The notes under the pieces: model-generated | Database searches by the model: none | The model's input: the letters and a program-made list of their open reading frames with translations, nothing else | Told to the model about the DNA's origin: nothing | Program-made: the position numbers and the translations under genes | In this document: piece by piece, positions 1 through 8,495 of the stretch | Layout of the letters: the number at the start of each line of letters is the position of its first letter | Numbering within the stretch: the first letter of the stretch is position 1 | Origin: Chthoniobacterales bacterium | GTDB taxonomy: Bacteria > Verrucomicrobiota > Verrucomicrobiia > Chthoniobacterales > JAFAMB01 | DNA length: 45,022 bases | NCBI GenBank assembly: GCA_035710445.1 | Contig: DASTDH010000409.1 | Location: 1-45,022 of the forward strand | Direction: 5' to 3'

Positions 1-206
1 TCATACCAATCCATGAACGCTCCTCCTAGCCCAAGCCCCAGGATAGAAACTTCGGCATCGAGCCGGCCGAGGCGCCGGCGATCGACGGACCTAGAGTCGG
101 CTTGGGCAGAAGTCGACGCGGCGGATGCATTCGCGAGGAGACCTCCGATGGCCGCGCCGAAGAGAGTGTGACGGATGAAATCCCGGCGAGAACTACCGGC
201 TTTCAT
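1..206 (-). CDS. aldo/keto reductase, N-terminal fragment with twin-arginine (Tat) signal; gene continues off the left edge
   Basis: Reverse-strand ATG at 204-206 reads MKAGSSRRDFIRHTLFGAAIGGLLANASAAS...RRRLGRLDAEVSILGLGLGG. This has an SRRDFI Tat motif plus a hydrophobic region, then the R-x-LG...VS-x-LGLG opening typical of AKR-fold proteins (compare the complete AKRs at 7473 and 28419). It is absent from the ORF track because it is truncated. Confidence 0.55.
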   Translation of the reverse strand, partial: MKAGSSRRDFIRHTLFGAAIGGLLANASAASTSAQADSRSVDRRRLGRLDAEVSILGLGLGGAFMDWY

Positions 207-502
207 ACTCCAAGGATCGCTTTGGAAAACGCTCGCGTCAATGAAAGGACGTTGTGCCTAGGGCCAGGCAGGTAAGCGCGGCTGTCGCGGCGGACCCTAT
301 GAAAGTATCCCCGCGAGACCAACTCATTCGCGGCCGACACCTCGCGACTACCGTTGGGTCGGCTCTAGGGAGAGTCTCCAGCCCGTCTTCACCGCTCCGG
401 AACCGGACCTCCTATCGCGAAACGTGATAGCTAATCATTAGAAGCGATATTACAAAGAGCTTTGAGGCGCCTATCTTGGAATCAGAAAGAGATAGAACTA
501 GA

Positions 503-715
503 ATGAAACGATTCAACTCGATCAAACATGCGAACCGGTTTGCCAGTGTTTTTTTGGCATTCAGCCTGTTTGGTTTTCTTTGGCCGCATCACGTGAACTC
601 AGCGGCCCGGCATCATGTGAACCTGATCAGGCCGAGCCAGGTTCAGGAAAGCGATTACGATTCCTGGTACACGCCACCTCGGAGTCCGGGATTTCACGAA
701 GATTTTGGTTCGTAA
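503..715 (+). CDS. small secreted peptide, copy 1 of an unnamed family with C-terminal RSPGF-x3-FGS tail
   Basis: ATG at 503 lies inside track ORF 476..715. It has a signal-peptide-like N-terminus (MKRFNSIKHANRFASVFLAFSLFGFLWPHHVNSAA). The C-terminus WYTPPRSPGFHEDFGS matches that of ORF 20082..20342, with third-position-only codon differences. Confidence 0.65.
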   Translation: MKRFNSIKHANRFASVFLAFSLFGFLWPHHVNSAARHHVNLIRPSQVQESDYDSWYTPPRSPGFHEDFGS

Positions 716-803
716 CGGAATAGGGATGAACTGCCTCCGGTAGCGCGGGGTATTCGCAGACCGAGTATCCTCGCTACCGGAAAAGTGGCGGACGCTCTTT
801 TCC

Positions 804-1742
804 TCAGCTACCGCCGGCGGTCAGCTTCGAACGATAATCGCTACAGAAACGGACAAAGGTGTCGCTGGGCTCGCCCAGGGCCCCGCTTGGCAGCACCCAG
901 TAAAACCCGCGCCGCACTGCCAGGTTCGCGATTTGCACCGTGCGCAGCTTGCCCAATGCTAGTTCCTCTTTCACGCTCCAACGGGAAAGAAATGCAAGCC
1001 CCAAGCAGTAGATGGCAGCGGTCTTGATAGCCTGGATGTCAGCGATCGTGTATTGATAAGCCAAGCGTTTGGTTTGGATCCCCAGCTTGCGCAGAGCCGC
1101 TTCAACCACCGCTCTCGTTCCCGAGCCGGCTTCACGCCAGATCAAAGGAATTTTGTAGAGATCCTGAACCGAAGTCACTGATGCGACCAGGCGTTGATAA
1201 TTGCGAAACGCCGGGTTGGTACCGGCCACCAAAATCACTTCGTCTTCGACAAACTGCTCGAGCCGGAGTCCCGCAGAACGCGGATTCCCTTCGACTAGGC
1301 CGAACGGATAGACTCCTTCTCGCACCGATTCGAGCACAACCTCGGTATTATCAACTCTGAGTTCCACGACGACTCCCGGATAGATCCGGCAGAATTCTGC
1401 CAGGAAAGCCGGGACGACCTGGGATGCGATGGTCAGACTGGCACCGAACCGCAGCCGTCCCGAGAGCTGCCGTTCGCGATGGAATGAAGCTTCGATACGG
1501 GCAAGGATTGCCTCGATCTCGGTCACGAGCGCCTGCAGCGTATGACCTTGGATCGTCAGTTTAACTCCGCGGCTTGAACGCGAAATCAGCGGTTTCCCTA
1601 TGATTTCCTCAAGCCGTCGTAGATGAGCGGTAACCGCCGGCTGCGACAAATGCAGCTGTTTGGCAGCCGTCGAAATCTTGCCGCATTGGGCCACGGCCAG
1701 AAACGATCGGAGAAGTCTGAGATCAAGGTCGTTTGGGTTCAT
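804..1742 (-). CDS. LysR-family transcriptional regulator
   Basis: Internal ATG at 1740-1742 gives MNPNDLDLRLLRSFLAVAQCGKISTAAKQLHLSQPAVTAHLRRLEE, a canonical LysR wHTH, followed by a roughly 200 aa substrate-binding domain. It is divergent from a YeiH-like gene, as yeiE-yeiH are in E. coli. Confidence 0.9.
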   Translation of the reverse strand: MNPNDLDLRLLRSFLAVAQCGKISTAAKQLHLSQPAVTAHLRRLEEIIGKPLISRSSRGVKLTIQGHTLQALVTEIEAILARIEASFHRERQLSGRLRFGASLTIASQVVPAFLAEFCRIYPGVVVELRVDNTEVVLESVREGVYPFGLVEGNPRSAGLRLEQFVEDEVILVAGTNPAFRNYQRLVASVTSVQDLYKIPLIWREAGSGTRAVVEAALRKLGIQTKRLAYQYTIADIQAIKTAAIYCLGLAFLSRWSVKEELALGKLRTVQIANLAVRRGFYWVLPSGALGEPSDTFVRFCSDYRSKLTAGGS

Positions 1743-1912
1743 TTCTTTTCGCAACCGGGACAGTGGCACTCCGGCAGTTCCGTCGTGCCGGAGCGACACG
1801 CCCGCGCCAGCCGGGCCTTCCCAACAATCATGATACCCCAATGTCACCAGCACTGATAGCGCATCCAGTCATTTGATTATTCAGATCTTCGTCATTGGCC
1901 TTTTTTCTTCTC

Positions 1913-2940
1913 ATGCAAATGCCTGATTTGAGGTTTTGGGGCGAGGTTCTGATCTCCGCCTTCCTTGCCGTACTCAGCGCTTTCATCGCCGCGGTTCCGC
2001 CGTTCGATCACTTCGGCGGCATCTCTCTCGCTCTGATCGCTGGGATGCTGGCCAAAGCATTGTTCTGGAAGCCTAGCTCTAGTGCGGGCGGACTGGTGTT
2101 TGCCGCCAAAACCTTGCTCCGAGTCGGTATAGTCTTGCTTGGGCTTCGATTGAATTTTGCGGTTCTCGTTCATTCCGGGATCGAGGTCGTTGTGTTCGAT
2201 CTTGTGATGATCATTTTGGGTATCGCTCTGATCATGCTTGTGTTGCGCCGGGCCGGATTCGAGCCGACGCTCGCCGCCTTAGCTGCCGTCGGCAGCTCGA
2301 TTTGCGGGGCGTCGGCCATCGCTGCGGCAGCCCCCGCGATCCGGGCGAACAAGGAAAGTTCCGCATTAGCAATTGTGGTCTGCACTCTGATCGGTACCTT
2401 TGCCACATTCTTGGTAATTCCGCTGCAGAGCATCGCTGGTCTGGCGCCCGCCAAGTACGGAATCCTGGCTGGAGCGACCCTGCATGAGGTCGCGCAGGTC
2501 GTGGCCGCAGTAACTCCGGTTCCTGACGCCTTCCAAACCGGAATGGCAGCAAAATTGTTGCGGGTGGTGTTTCTTGCGCCAGTCATTGCGGTATTGCCTT
2601 GGATCCTGCAAAGTCGATCCAGAGACGAGCCCAAAGCCATACGAATTCGGGATCAAAACCCGACTTCCTCCCGTGGTACGTCGGCGGATTTCTTCTGGCG
2701 GGCTTGGCGGTGACGCTCGCGGCTTACCTTCCGGCAGGGATACTTCGGTTGGTGAGCGCCGCGACGAATCAACTCGCCCTGCCGACGAATCTCCTCATCG
2801 GCACCTCCATGGCAGCCATTGGTCTTCAAGTCGACTTCACTCTCCTGCGTAAACATGGTCCGAAACTTATGCTGATCGCCGGCAGCGCGTGGCTACTCCT
2901 ATTCGTGGCGGTTTTTGCGCTTTGTTTGATCTGGAAATGA
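1913..2940 (+). pseudogene. YeiH/UPF0324-family membrane protein (putative sulfate-exporter family), split by a frameshift near 2640-2665
   Basis: ORF 1895..2713 carries GSSICGASAIAA and HEVAQVVAA motifs, as in E. coli YeiH. The expected continuation (PDFLPWYVGGFLL...MAAIGLQVDF...) is in ORF 2599..2940, in another frame. The combined length of about 345 aa matches the family. The switch lies around the run gatcaaaacccgac. Confidence 0.75.
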
Positions 2941-3033
2941 CGGCTCACCCGATCCCGCGCCCATCCAGGTACAAAAGAAAACTTTCGATCGAAACTAGAC
3001 GAATATCCTTCCAGGGTGAAGCGTACTGTCTGT

Positions 3034-3255
3034 ATGCAACGGACCGGCCGAATGATGGACTCGTTTCTGCGCAGTCGTTCAGTAGTTCGTGGAGTTCTTT
3101 CCATAGCAATTGTTTTGGCCCTTATTCTTTTCGGAGTAATTGGCTTTCTGTGGACGGTCGGATTCAAACCGGTGTCGCGTGATGCCCTGCGCGTAGCGAA
3201 AGGTAGCCTCTCGTACAACCGCGTCTCGGCGCAAGGTACGAATGCCCGGCGGTAG
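3034..3255 (+). CDS. hypothetical small single-pass membrane protein (weak call)
   Basis: The ORF has one clear hydrophobic helix (GVLSIAIVLALILFGVIGFLWTV) after a basic N-terminus. It lies directly upstream of the family-5 SBP on the same strand. I recognise no family. Confidence 0.25.
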   Translation: MQRTGRMMDSFLRSRSVVRGVLSIAIVLALILFGVIGFLWTVGFKPVSRDALRVAKGSLSYNRVSAQGTNARR

Positions 3256-3273
3256 ACCGGGCGCCGTTTCGGA

Positions 3274-5025
3274 TTGTATCGTTCCCCGAAAAAGCGCATC
3301 CTTGCGGTTCGTTTTCGCAATAGCGCGAAACGAACCGGACTCCGTGTGCTGAAGGCCATCCAAATCATCTGCGCGCTCGCGCTCGCAGGCTCGATCTTAG
3401 CCGGACTGGCTACGACAGTTAATCGCACGGCTGGCCGCAGCGGTCCGATGCTCTCGGCAGCCAACCGAAACAAGATTCTGCTGCTGACTGTCGGAAGCGA
3501 ACCGAAAACATTGGACCCCGCCATCACTGATACGGACCCGGAGGGCAAAATCGAGGAAGCGATCTTTGAGGGCCTGGTCATCACTGACCCCAAGGACGGT
3601 TATAAACAAATACCGGCGGTCGCCGAGAGCTGGGAACATAACGATGACTATTCGGTCTGGATATTCCACCTTCGAGCGAACGCCAAATGGTCAAACGGCG
3701 ATCCAGTCACTGCCGAGGACTTTGCTTTTTCAATCAAGCGGGTTCTGACGGCTTCGTTGGGCGCGCCTTTTTCCGAGTATCTCTCGGTGATTAAAGGAGC
3801 CAGAGAGTATCTGACCGGTCAAACCGGCGATTTCGATCGGGTCGGCGTAAAAGTGCTCGATGCCCGCACTCTGCGTTTTGACCTGGTCGGACCTGATCCT
3901 TACTTCACGGCTTTGCTCACTCTCCAACCCTTTCAACCGGTACATCCGCCCACTATTCTGAAGTTCGGAAAGATTGGCCAACGAGACACTAAGTGGACCG
4001 AGCCGCGCAACTTTGTGGGTAACGGACCGTTCGTACTCAAATCGTGGCGAGAAAATGATGTCATCGAGGTGGCCAAAAGTCCGACCTATTGGGATGCAGA
4101 AAGAGTGAAACTTAACGGTATCAATTTTTATTCCATTGAATCGTATGACACAACGGAACGCGCTTTTCGTGCCGGCCAGCTGCACAAAACAGAATTCCTG
4201 CCACTTGATAAGATCCCATACTACCGCCGAACCGAGCCCGAAGTTCTCCAAATTGCACCCTACCTCGCAGTCTATTTTTACATTCTTAACGTCGAGCACA
4301 AGCCTCTCGACAATCCCAAGGTCCGCCTCGCACTCAATCTCGCGGTAGACCGCGAATCTCTGGTTCGCAATGTGTTGCGAGGGAGCGAACAAGCGGCAAC
4401 CGGATTTATTCCACCCGGATTGAGCGAGTATCCGACAACGCAGCAAGTCGCTTATGATCCGGAGCGGGCGAGACAACTTCTGGCCGAGGCCGGATATCCG
4501 AACGGCCACGGCTTTCCCAATCTCAAAATATTCATGAACACGGGCGAACATCATCGACTGATCGCCGAGGCCATTCAACAGATGTGGCGCCAAGAGCTGA
4601 ATATCGCGATCGGCCTGGAGAATCAGGAATGGAAAGTCTACCTCGACACTCTAATCAAAAAACATTTCGATATTGGCCGGCGCGGTTGGGTTGGAATCCC
4701 GGACCCAGCGTTCTTCCTAAAAATTTGGACTGCGGCCAATGTAAACAATTCGTCCGGCTGGGCCAGTGCTCGATACGATTCTCTTTTGGCCAAAGCCGAT
4801 CGCACCGGGGATCTCAATGAGCGTTTAGCCCTCTATCATCAAGCGGAGGATCTGTTGCTTAGCGAGTCGGTAATGATTCCGATTTTCTGGTATACGAGCA
4901 ACCATCTGGTCCACCCCAGTGTAACTGGCTGGTATCCGAACATCATCGATGATCATCCCTACAAATTTATCGACTTAAAGCCATTGGAAGAGACGCCGGA
5001 CACCAGGCTCTCAAAGAACCCGTAG
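3274..5025 (+). CDS. ABC transporter substrate-binding protein, family 5 (peptide/oligosaccharide/nickel type), N-terminal membrane anchor
   Basis: 583 aa. It contains SBP_bac_5 hallmarks: LLLTVGSEPKTLDPA...EGLV...AESWE...W.FHLR...KWSNGDPVTAEDF. The N-terminal hydrophobic segment is AIQIICALALAGSILAGLATTV. Confidence 0.85.
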   Translation: MYRSPKKRILAVRFRNSAKRTGLRVLKAIQIICALALAGSILAGLATTVNRTAGRSGPMLSAANRNKILLLTVGSEPKTLDPAITDTDPEGKIEEAIFEGLVITDPKDGYKQIPAVAESWEHNDDYSVWIFHLRANAKWSNGDPVTAEDFAFSIKRVLTASLGAPFSEYLSVIKGAREYLTGQTGDFDRVGVKVLDARTLRFDLVGPDPYFTALLTLQPFQPVHPPTILKFGKIGQRDTKWTEPRNFVGNGPFVLKSWRENDVIEVAKSPTYWDAERVKLNGINFYSIESYDTTERAFRAGQLHKTEFLPLDKIPYYRRTEPEVLQIAPYLAVYFYILNVEHKPLDNPKVRLALNLAVDRESLVRNVLRGSEQAATGFIPPGLSEYPTTQQVAYDPERARQLLAEAGYPNGHGFPNLKIFMNTGEHHRLIAEAIQQMWRQELNIAIGLENQEWKVYLDTLIKKHFDIGRRGWVGIPDPAFFLKIWTAANVNNSSGWASARYDSLLAKADRTGDLNERLALYHQAEDLLLSESVMIPIFWYTSNHLVHPSVTGWYPNIIDDHPYKFIDLKPLEETPDTRLSKNP

Positions 5026-5028
5026 CGA

Positions 5029-5202
5029 ATGAAATCAAGCAAACCCAAAATTAAGCCAACTCCGTCCGCCGAAGTCGTGAAAACGGCAGGCGGCCTAAAA
5101 AAAGCCAGGCTTCAGCAAAGCGGCAAGAAAACACGCGTACGCGGACATTTGCTCGCGAATACTCGGATTAAGCAGGGACAGCGAGACAGACGCAATCCCT
5201 AA
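5029..5202 (+). CDS. hypothetical small, highly basic protein (57 aa)
   Basis: The ATG at 5029 overlaps the region just after the SBP stop. It is an open frame of 58 codons: MKSSKPKIKPTPSAEVVKTAGGLKKARLQQSGKKTRVRGHLLANTRIKQGQRDRRNP. It falls below the track's length cut-off, and I cannot name a family with certainty. Confidence 0.3.
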   Translation: MKSSKPKIKPTPSAEVVKTAGGLKKARLQQSGKKTRVRGHLLANTRIKQGQRDRRNP

Positions 5203-5214
5203 GAAAAGCGGGCC

Positions 5215-5415
5215 TCAGTTCTGTTTGGTTACTTCCGGCCGGCGCAGCTCGTAGCCACCGAAGTTCAACTCAATGTCGGCAGCCATCGCGTACTCGGCAC
5301 ATTCATCGCAAAGGATTCCCAGCTCTGCATCTTCGTACTTGAGCAATCGATAGGTGCCGCAGCAGGCGCAGCTACCAAGCGTATGATGACTGATTTTATG
5401 AATAACGGAGTTCAC
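5215..5415 (-). CDS. hypothetical small zinc-ribbon protein
   Basis: 66 aa with paired Cys motifs (C-A-C-C ... C-D-E-C) typical of a 4-Cys zinc ribbon. It is compact and non-overlapping. Confidence 0.45.
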   Translation of the reverse strand: MNSVIHKISHHTLGSCACCGTYRLLKYEDAELGILCDECAEYAMAADIELNFGGYELRRPEVTKQN

Positions 5416-5662
5416 TGGATTTCTCGAGCGTTTGAGATAGCACCTTTAATGCCAGTCGGTTCTGCGGGAACCCAACGACCGGAGACGGATTAAAGTCCGC
5501 AACTTCGAGTTATCCAGGTTCAACGAAATCGAGATTTGTAGTCCCAGAAGCGGGAGAACCGCGCCGTCGCCTAACTGATCTGCGCGAACGCGTTCAGGAT
5601 TCATCGCGCTATTCGTTCCGCTAACCAACCTATGGTAAGCTGTGCTCAACACATTTGTTCAA

Positions 5663-5968
5663 ATGGAGCAAGTACCGATGAGCCAATCATGCGCCGTGTG
5701 CGGCGGTCCGAAGTCGCGAACCTCTTCAGTCTGCCAGGCGTGCGAAACAGCCTTCAACTCAGGGAGTGCCGATCGAAGCAACCCCAAGCGGATCGATCTG
5801 AACCGTTACACCACGAAGATGTTCCCGTGGGAGCCAAGCGCGATTATACCGAGACTTGTTGCTCCCTCTCTGGTTTGGTCGGCGGTGTGTGTTGGACTAA
5901 TCTTAATTGTGGTCCTGCTTTCTTTGCTGCGCACTCCTCTTCCCTCTTGTTGGGAGATCTCTTCGTGA
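5663..5968 (+). CDS. hypothetical zinc-ribbon protein with C-terminal transmembrane helix
   Basis: ATG at 5663 gives MEQVPMSQSCAVCGG...VCQAC (CxxC-N11-CxxC), then a hydrophobic helix (LVWSAVCVGLILIVVLLSLL). It is divergent from the 5215..5415 zinc-ribbon ORF. Confidence 0.4.
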   Translation: MEQVPMSQSCAVCGGPKSRTSSVCQACETAFNSGSADRSNPKRIDLNRYTTKMFPWEPSAIIPRLVAPSLVWSAVCVGLILIVVLLSLLRTPLPSCWEISS

Positions 5969-6086
5969 CCTTCGCGCCAACACAAGGTGGCTAAGTGCGC
6001 CAGAGAAAGTCTCGGTGGCGCTGAACCATTTGCCATCGCGCCCTCCCCCTGCTCCTGTATTCCGTATTTCATTCCGCATTTCCACC

Positions 6087-7469
6087 ATGACTTCCCTTAC
6101 CTCACCTTTGCCCACCCAACCATTCATGTGGGGAACAGCCACTGCGAGTTATCAAATTGAGGGGGCCGTTTCCGAGGACGGACGAGCTCCTTCCATCTGG
6201 GATGTTTTTGCGCATACCCCAGGCAAAATTGAGCGGTCGGAAACGGGTGATATAGCGTGCGATCATTATCATCGCTACAAAGAGGATATTGCGCTGATGC
6301 GCGAACTCGGGGTACAAGCTTACCGTTTCTCGATTTCATGGCCGCGGGTCATCCCGGACGGCCGCGGCAAACCGAACGCCGCTGGCGTCGATTTTTATGA
6401 TCGCTTGGTCGACGAGCTTCTTGCTGCCGGCATCACCCCGTTTGCAACGTTGTTCCATTGGGATTTGCCACAAGCACTGCAAGAGCATGGCGGTTTTGCC
6501 AATCGCGATATCTGTGGCTGGTTCAGCGATTACGCAACGCGAATAGCGCCCCGTTTGGGCGATCGCGTAAACCACTGGATCATGCTGAACGAGCCGTCGG
6601 TCTATGCCTTTCTCGGCCACGCCTTGGGAACGTTTGCACCGGGCCTGGCCGATCGATCCGTTTTCCTGGCCGTGATCCACCACTTGAATCTGGCACAAGG
6701 CTCTGCCCTTGCCGCGCTGCGGTCGCTCGATTCCGCGTGGCAGCTTGGCACGACGCTGAATATTCACCCAGGCGTTCCGGCCGACCGTTCCGAGGATTCT
6801 ATCGTGATGACCGAGAGATATAACGATCTTTGGAACCGCTGCTTCCTGGGACCGCTGCTATCAGGCCGATATCCGGACGCAGTCGCATCAGAATTGCATC
6901 CCTTTATCCACGCGAGCGATCTGGATACTATTCGTCAGCCCTTGTCTTTTTTGGGTATCAATCATTACCTCCGTGCGTATATCCAGGCGGACGCCAACGA
7001 ACTGCTCGGATTTCGCCAGGTTTCGCCTCCAACCCATTTGCCAAGGACCAGTTATGACTGGGAAATCAATCCTCAGGTGTTTCGGGATGTGTTGCTCTGG
7101 CTGCATCAAGATTATGAGTGCCCTCCTATTTACATTACCGAGAATGGGGCATACTTCGAGGACACGCTATCTGCGGATGAAAAGGTCCACGATCCTCAAC
7201 GCATCGAGTTCCTTGAGAACTACATCCAGGCGATGCGGGAAGCCATCGATCAAGGAGTGGATATCCGCGGCTATTTCGTATGGTCTCTTCTGGACAATTT
7301 CGAGTGGGCTTCCGGCTATCGGCCGACCTTCGGACTCGTGAAGGTGGATAGCGAAAGTCAGAAACGGATCCCGAAAGATTCGTTTTATTGGTACCGAGAC
7401 TTGATCCAGCAAAATCGATCGATCACTTCTGCCCGGACCAATCAAGCCAGCGATGCAACCAAAGGATAA
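6087..7469 (+). CDS. GH1 beta-glucosidase
   Basis: ATG at 6087 gives MTSLTSPLPTQPFMWGTATASYQIEGA. The catalytic motifs are LNEP (acid/base) and ITENG (nucleophile). Length is 460 aa. Confidence 0.92.
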   Translation: MTSLTSPLPTQPFMWGTATASYQIEGAVSEDGRAPSIWDVFAHTPGKIERSETGDIACDHYHRYKEDIALMRELGVQAYRFSISWPRVIPDGRGKPNAAGVDFYDRLVDELLAAGITPFATLFHWDLPQALQEHGGFANRDICGWFSDYATRIAPRLGDRVNHWIMLNEPSVYAFLGHALGTFAPGLADRSVFLAVIHHLNLAQGSALAALRSLDSAWQLGTTLNIHPGVPADRSEDSIVMTERYNDLWNRCFLGPLLSGRYPDAVASELHPFIHASDLDTIRQPLSFLGINHYLRAYIQADANELLGFRQVSPPTHLPRTSYDWEINPQVFRDVLLWLHQDYECPPIYITENGAYFEDTLSADEKVHDPQRIEFLENYIQAMREAIDQGVDIRGYFVWSLLDNFEWASGYRPTFGLVKVDSESQKRIPKDSFYWYRDLIQQNRSITSARTNQASDATKG

Positions 7470-7472
7470 TAA

Positions 7473-8495
7473 ATGGATTATCGTAAGCTAGGACGCAGTG
7501 GCCTCAAGGTGTCGCCGCTTTGTTTGGGCACAATGATGTTCGGAGGTCAGACCGATGAGACGACTTCTACACGAATCGTCGCCCGCGCCCGCGCCGCTGG
7601 AATCAACTTTATCGATACGGCTGATGCCTACAACAACGGACGTTCCGAGGAAGTGGTGGGACGCGCCATCGCCCCGGAACGTTCCTGGTGGATTTTGGCA
7701 ACGAAGCTGGCGAACCCGACCGGTGATAGCCCCAATGATCGCGGTTTGTCTCGACGCCGGACTTTCAACGCGGTCGAGGCCAGTTTGCGTCGCCTTAGTA
7801 CCGACGTCATCGATATCCTTTATCTCCATAAAGAGGATCATTCGACCCCTCTCGACGAGACGGTAGGGGCGCTCGCCGACTTGCTCCGGCAGGGCAAGAT
7901 CCGCTATTTCGGAGTCTCAAACTTTCGAGGATGGCGTGTGGCCGACATCTGCCGACTGTGCGACTTGGCCGGAATCGATCGCCCGGTGGTGAGCCAACCA
8001 TACTACAATCTGCTGAACCGCATGCCCGAAGTCGAGCATTTGCCGGCGTGCGCTCATTACGGACTGGGCGTGGCGCCCTATAGCCCGCTTGCCCGCGGAG
8101 TTCTCACCGGCAAATATCCGCCGGACAGCACTCCCTCCGCAGATACCAGAGCTGGCCGCCAGGATAAACGGATCATGGAAACCGAATGGCGACGGGAAAG
8201 CCTGGAAATCGCCGGCCAATTGGCAAAACACGCGAGCTCACGTGGGATTACGCCGGGACAGTTTGCCTTTGCCTGGGTGCTTAACAACCGGATCGTTACC
8301 GCCCCGATTGCCGGCCCACGAACCGAACCGCAATGGGAGGATTATCTTGCCGCTCTCGATTATGATTTCACGCCCGAAGACGAAGCTCTAGTGGATCGGC
8401 TCGTAGTCCCCGGTCATGCCTCCACACCCAGCTACAATGATCCCATGTACCCGATCGAAGGACGCGTTGCGCTCAAAACTCAAAAGAACAATTGA
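7473..8495 (+). CDS. aldo/keto reductase (Tas/YajO/Kv-beta-like)
   Basis: The sequence reads MDYRKLGRSGLKVSPLCLGTMMFGG...INFIDTADAYNNGRSEE...LYLHKED...YFGVSNF. The gene starts 3 nt after the GH1 stop (TAA TAA ATG). Confidence 0.88.
   Translation: MDYRKLGRSGLKVSPLCLGTMMFGGQTDETTSTRIVARARAAGINFIDTADAYNNGRSEEVVGRAIAPERSWWILATKLANPTGDSPNDRGLSRRRTFNAVEASLRRLSTDVIDILYLHKEDHSTPLDETVGALADLLRQGKIRYFGVSNFRGWRVADICRLCDLAGIDRPVVSQPYYNLLNRMPEVEHLPACAHYGLGVAPYSPLARGVLTGKYPPDSTPSADTRAGRQDKRIMETEWRRESLEIAGQLAKHASSRGITPGQFAFAWVLNNRIVTAPIAGPRTEPQWEDYLAALDYDFTPEDEALVDRLVVPGHASTPSYNDPMYPIEGRVALKTQKNN

Noticed and set aside
2826-3593. 255-aa minus-strand ORF spanning the YeiH 3' end and the SBP 5' end
   Set aside because: The composition is Arg/Ser/Pro-rich and low in complexity. 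The ORF overlaps two well-supported plus-strand genes and has no recognisable motifs. It is a typical antisense shadow ORF in GC-rich DNA.
3730-4593. 287-aa minus-strand ORF inside the family-5 SBP gene
   Set aside because: It lies entirely antisense to a gene with strong family motifs, and has no motifs of its own.
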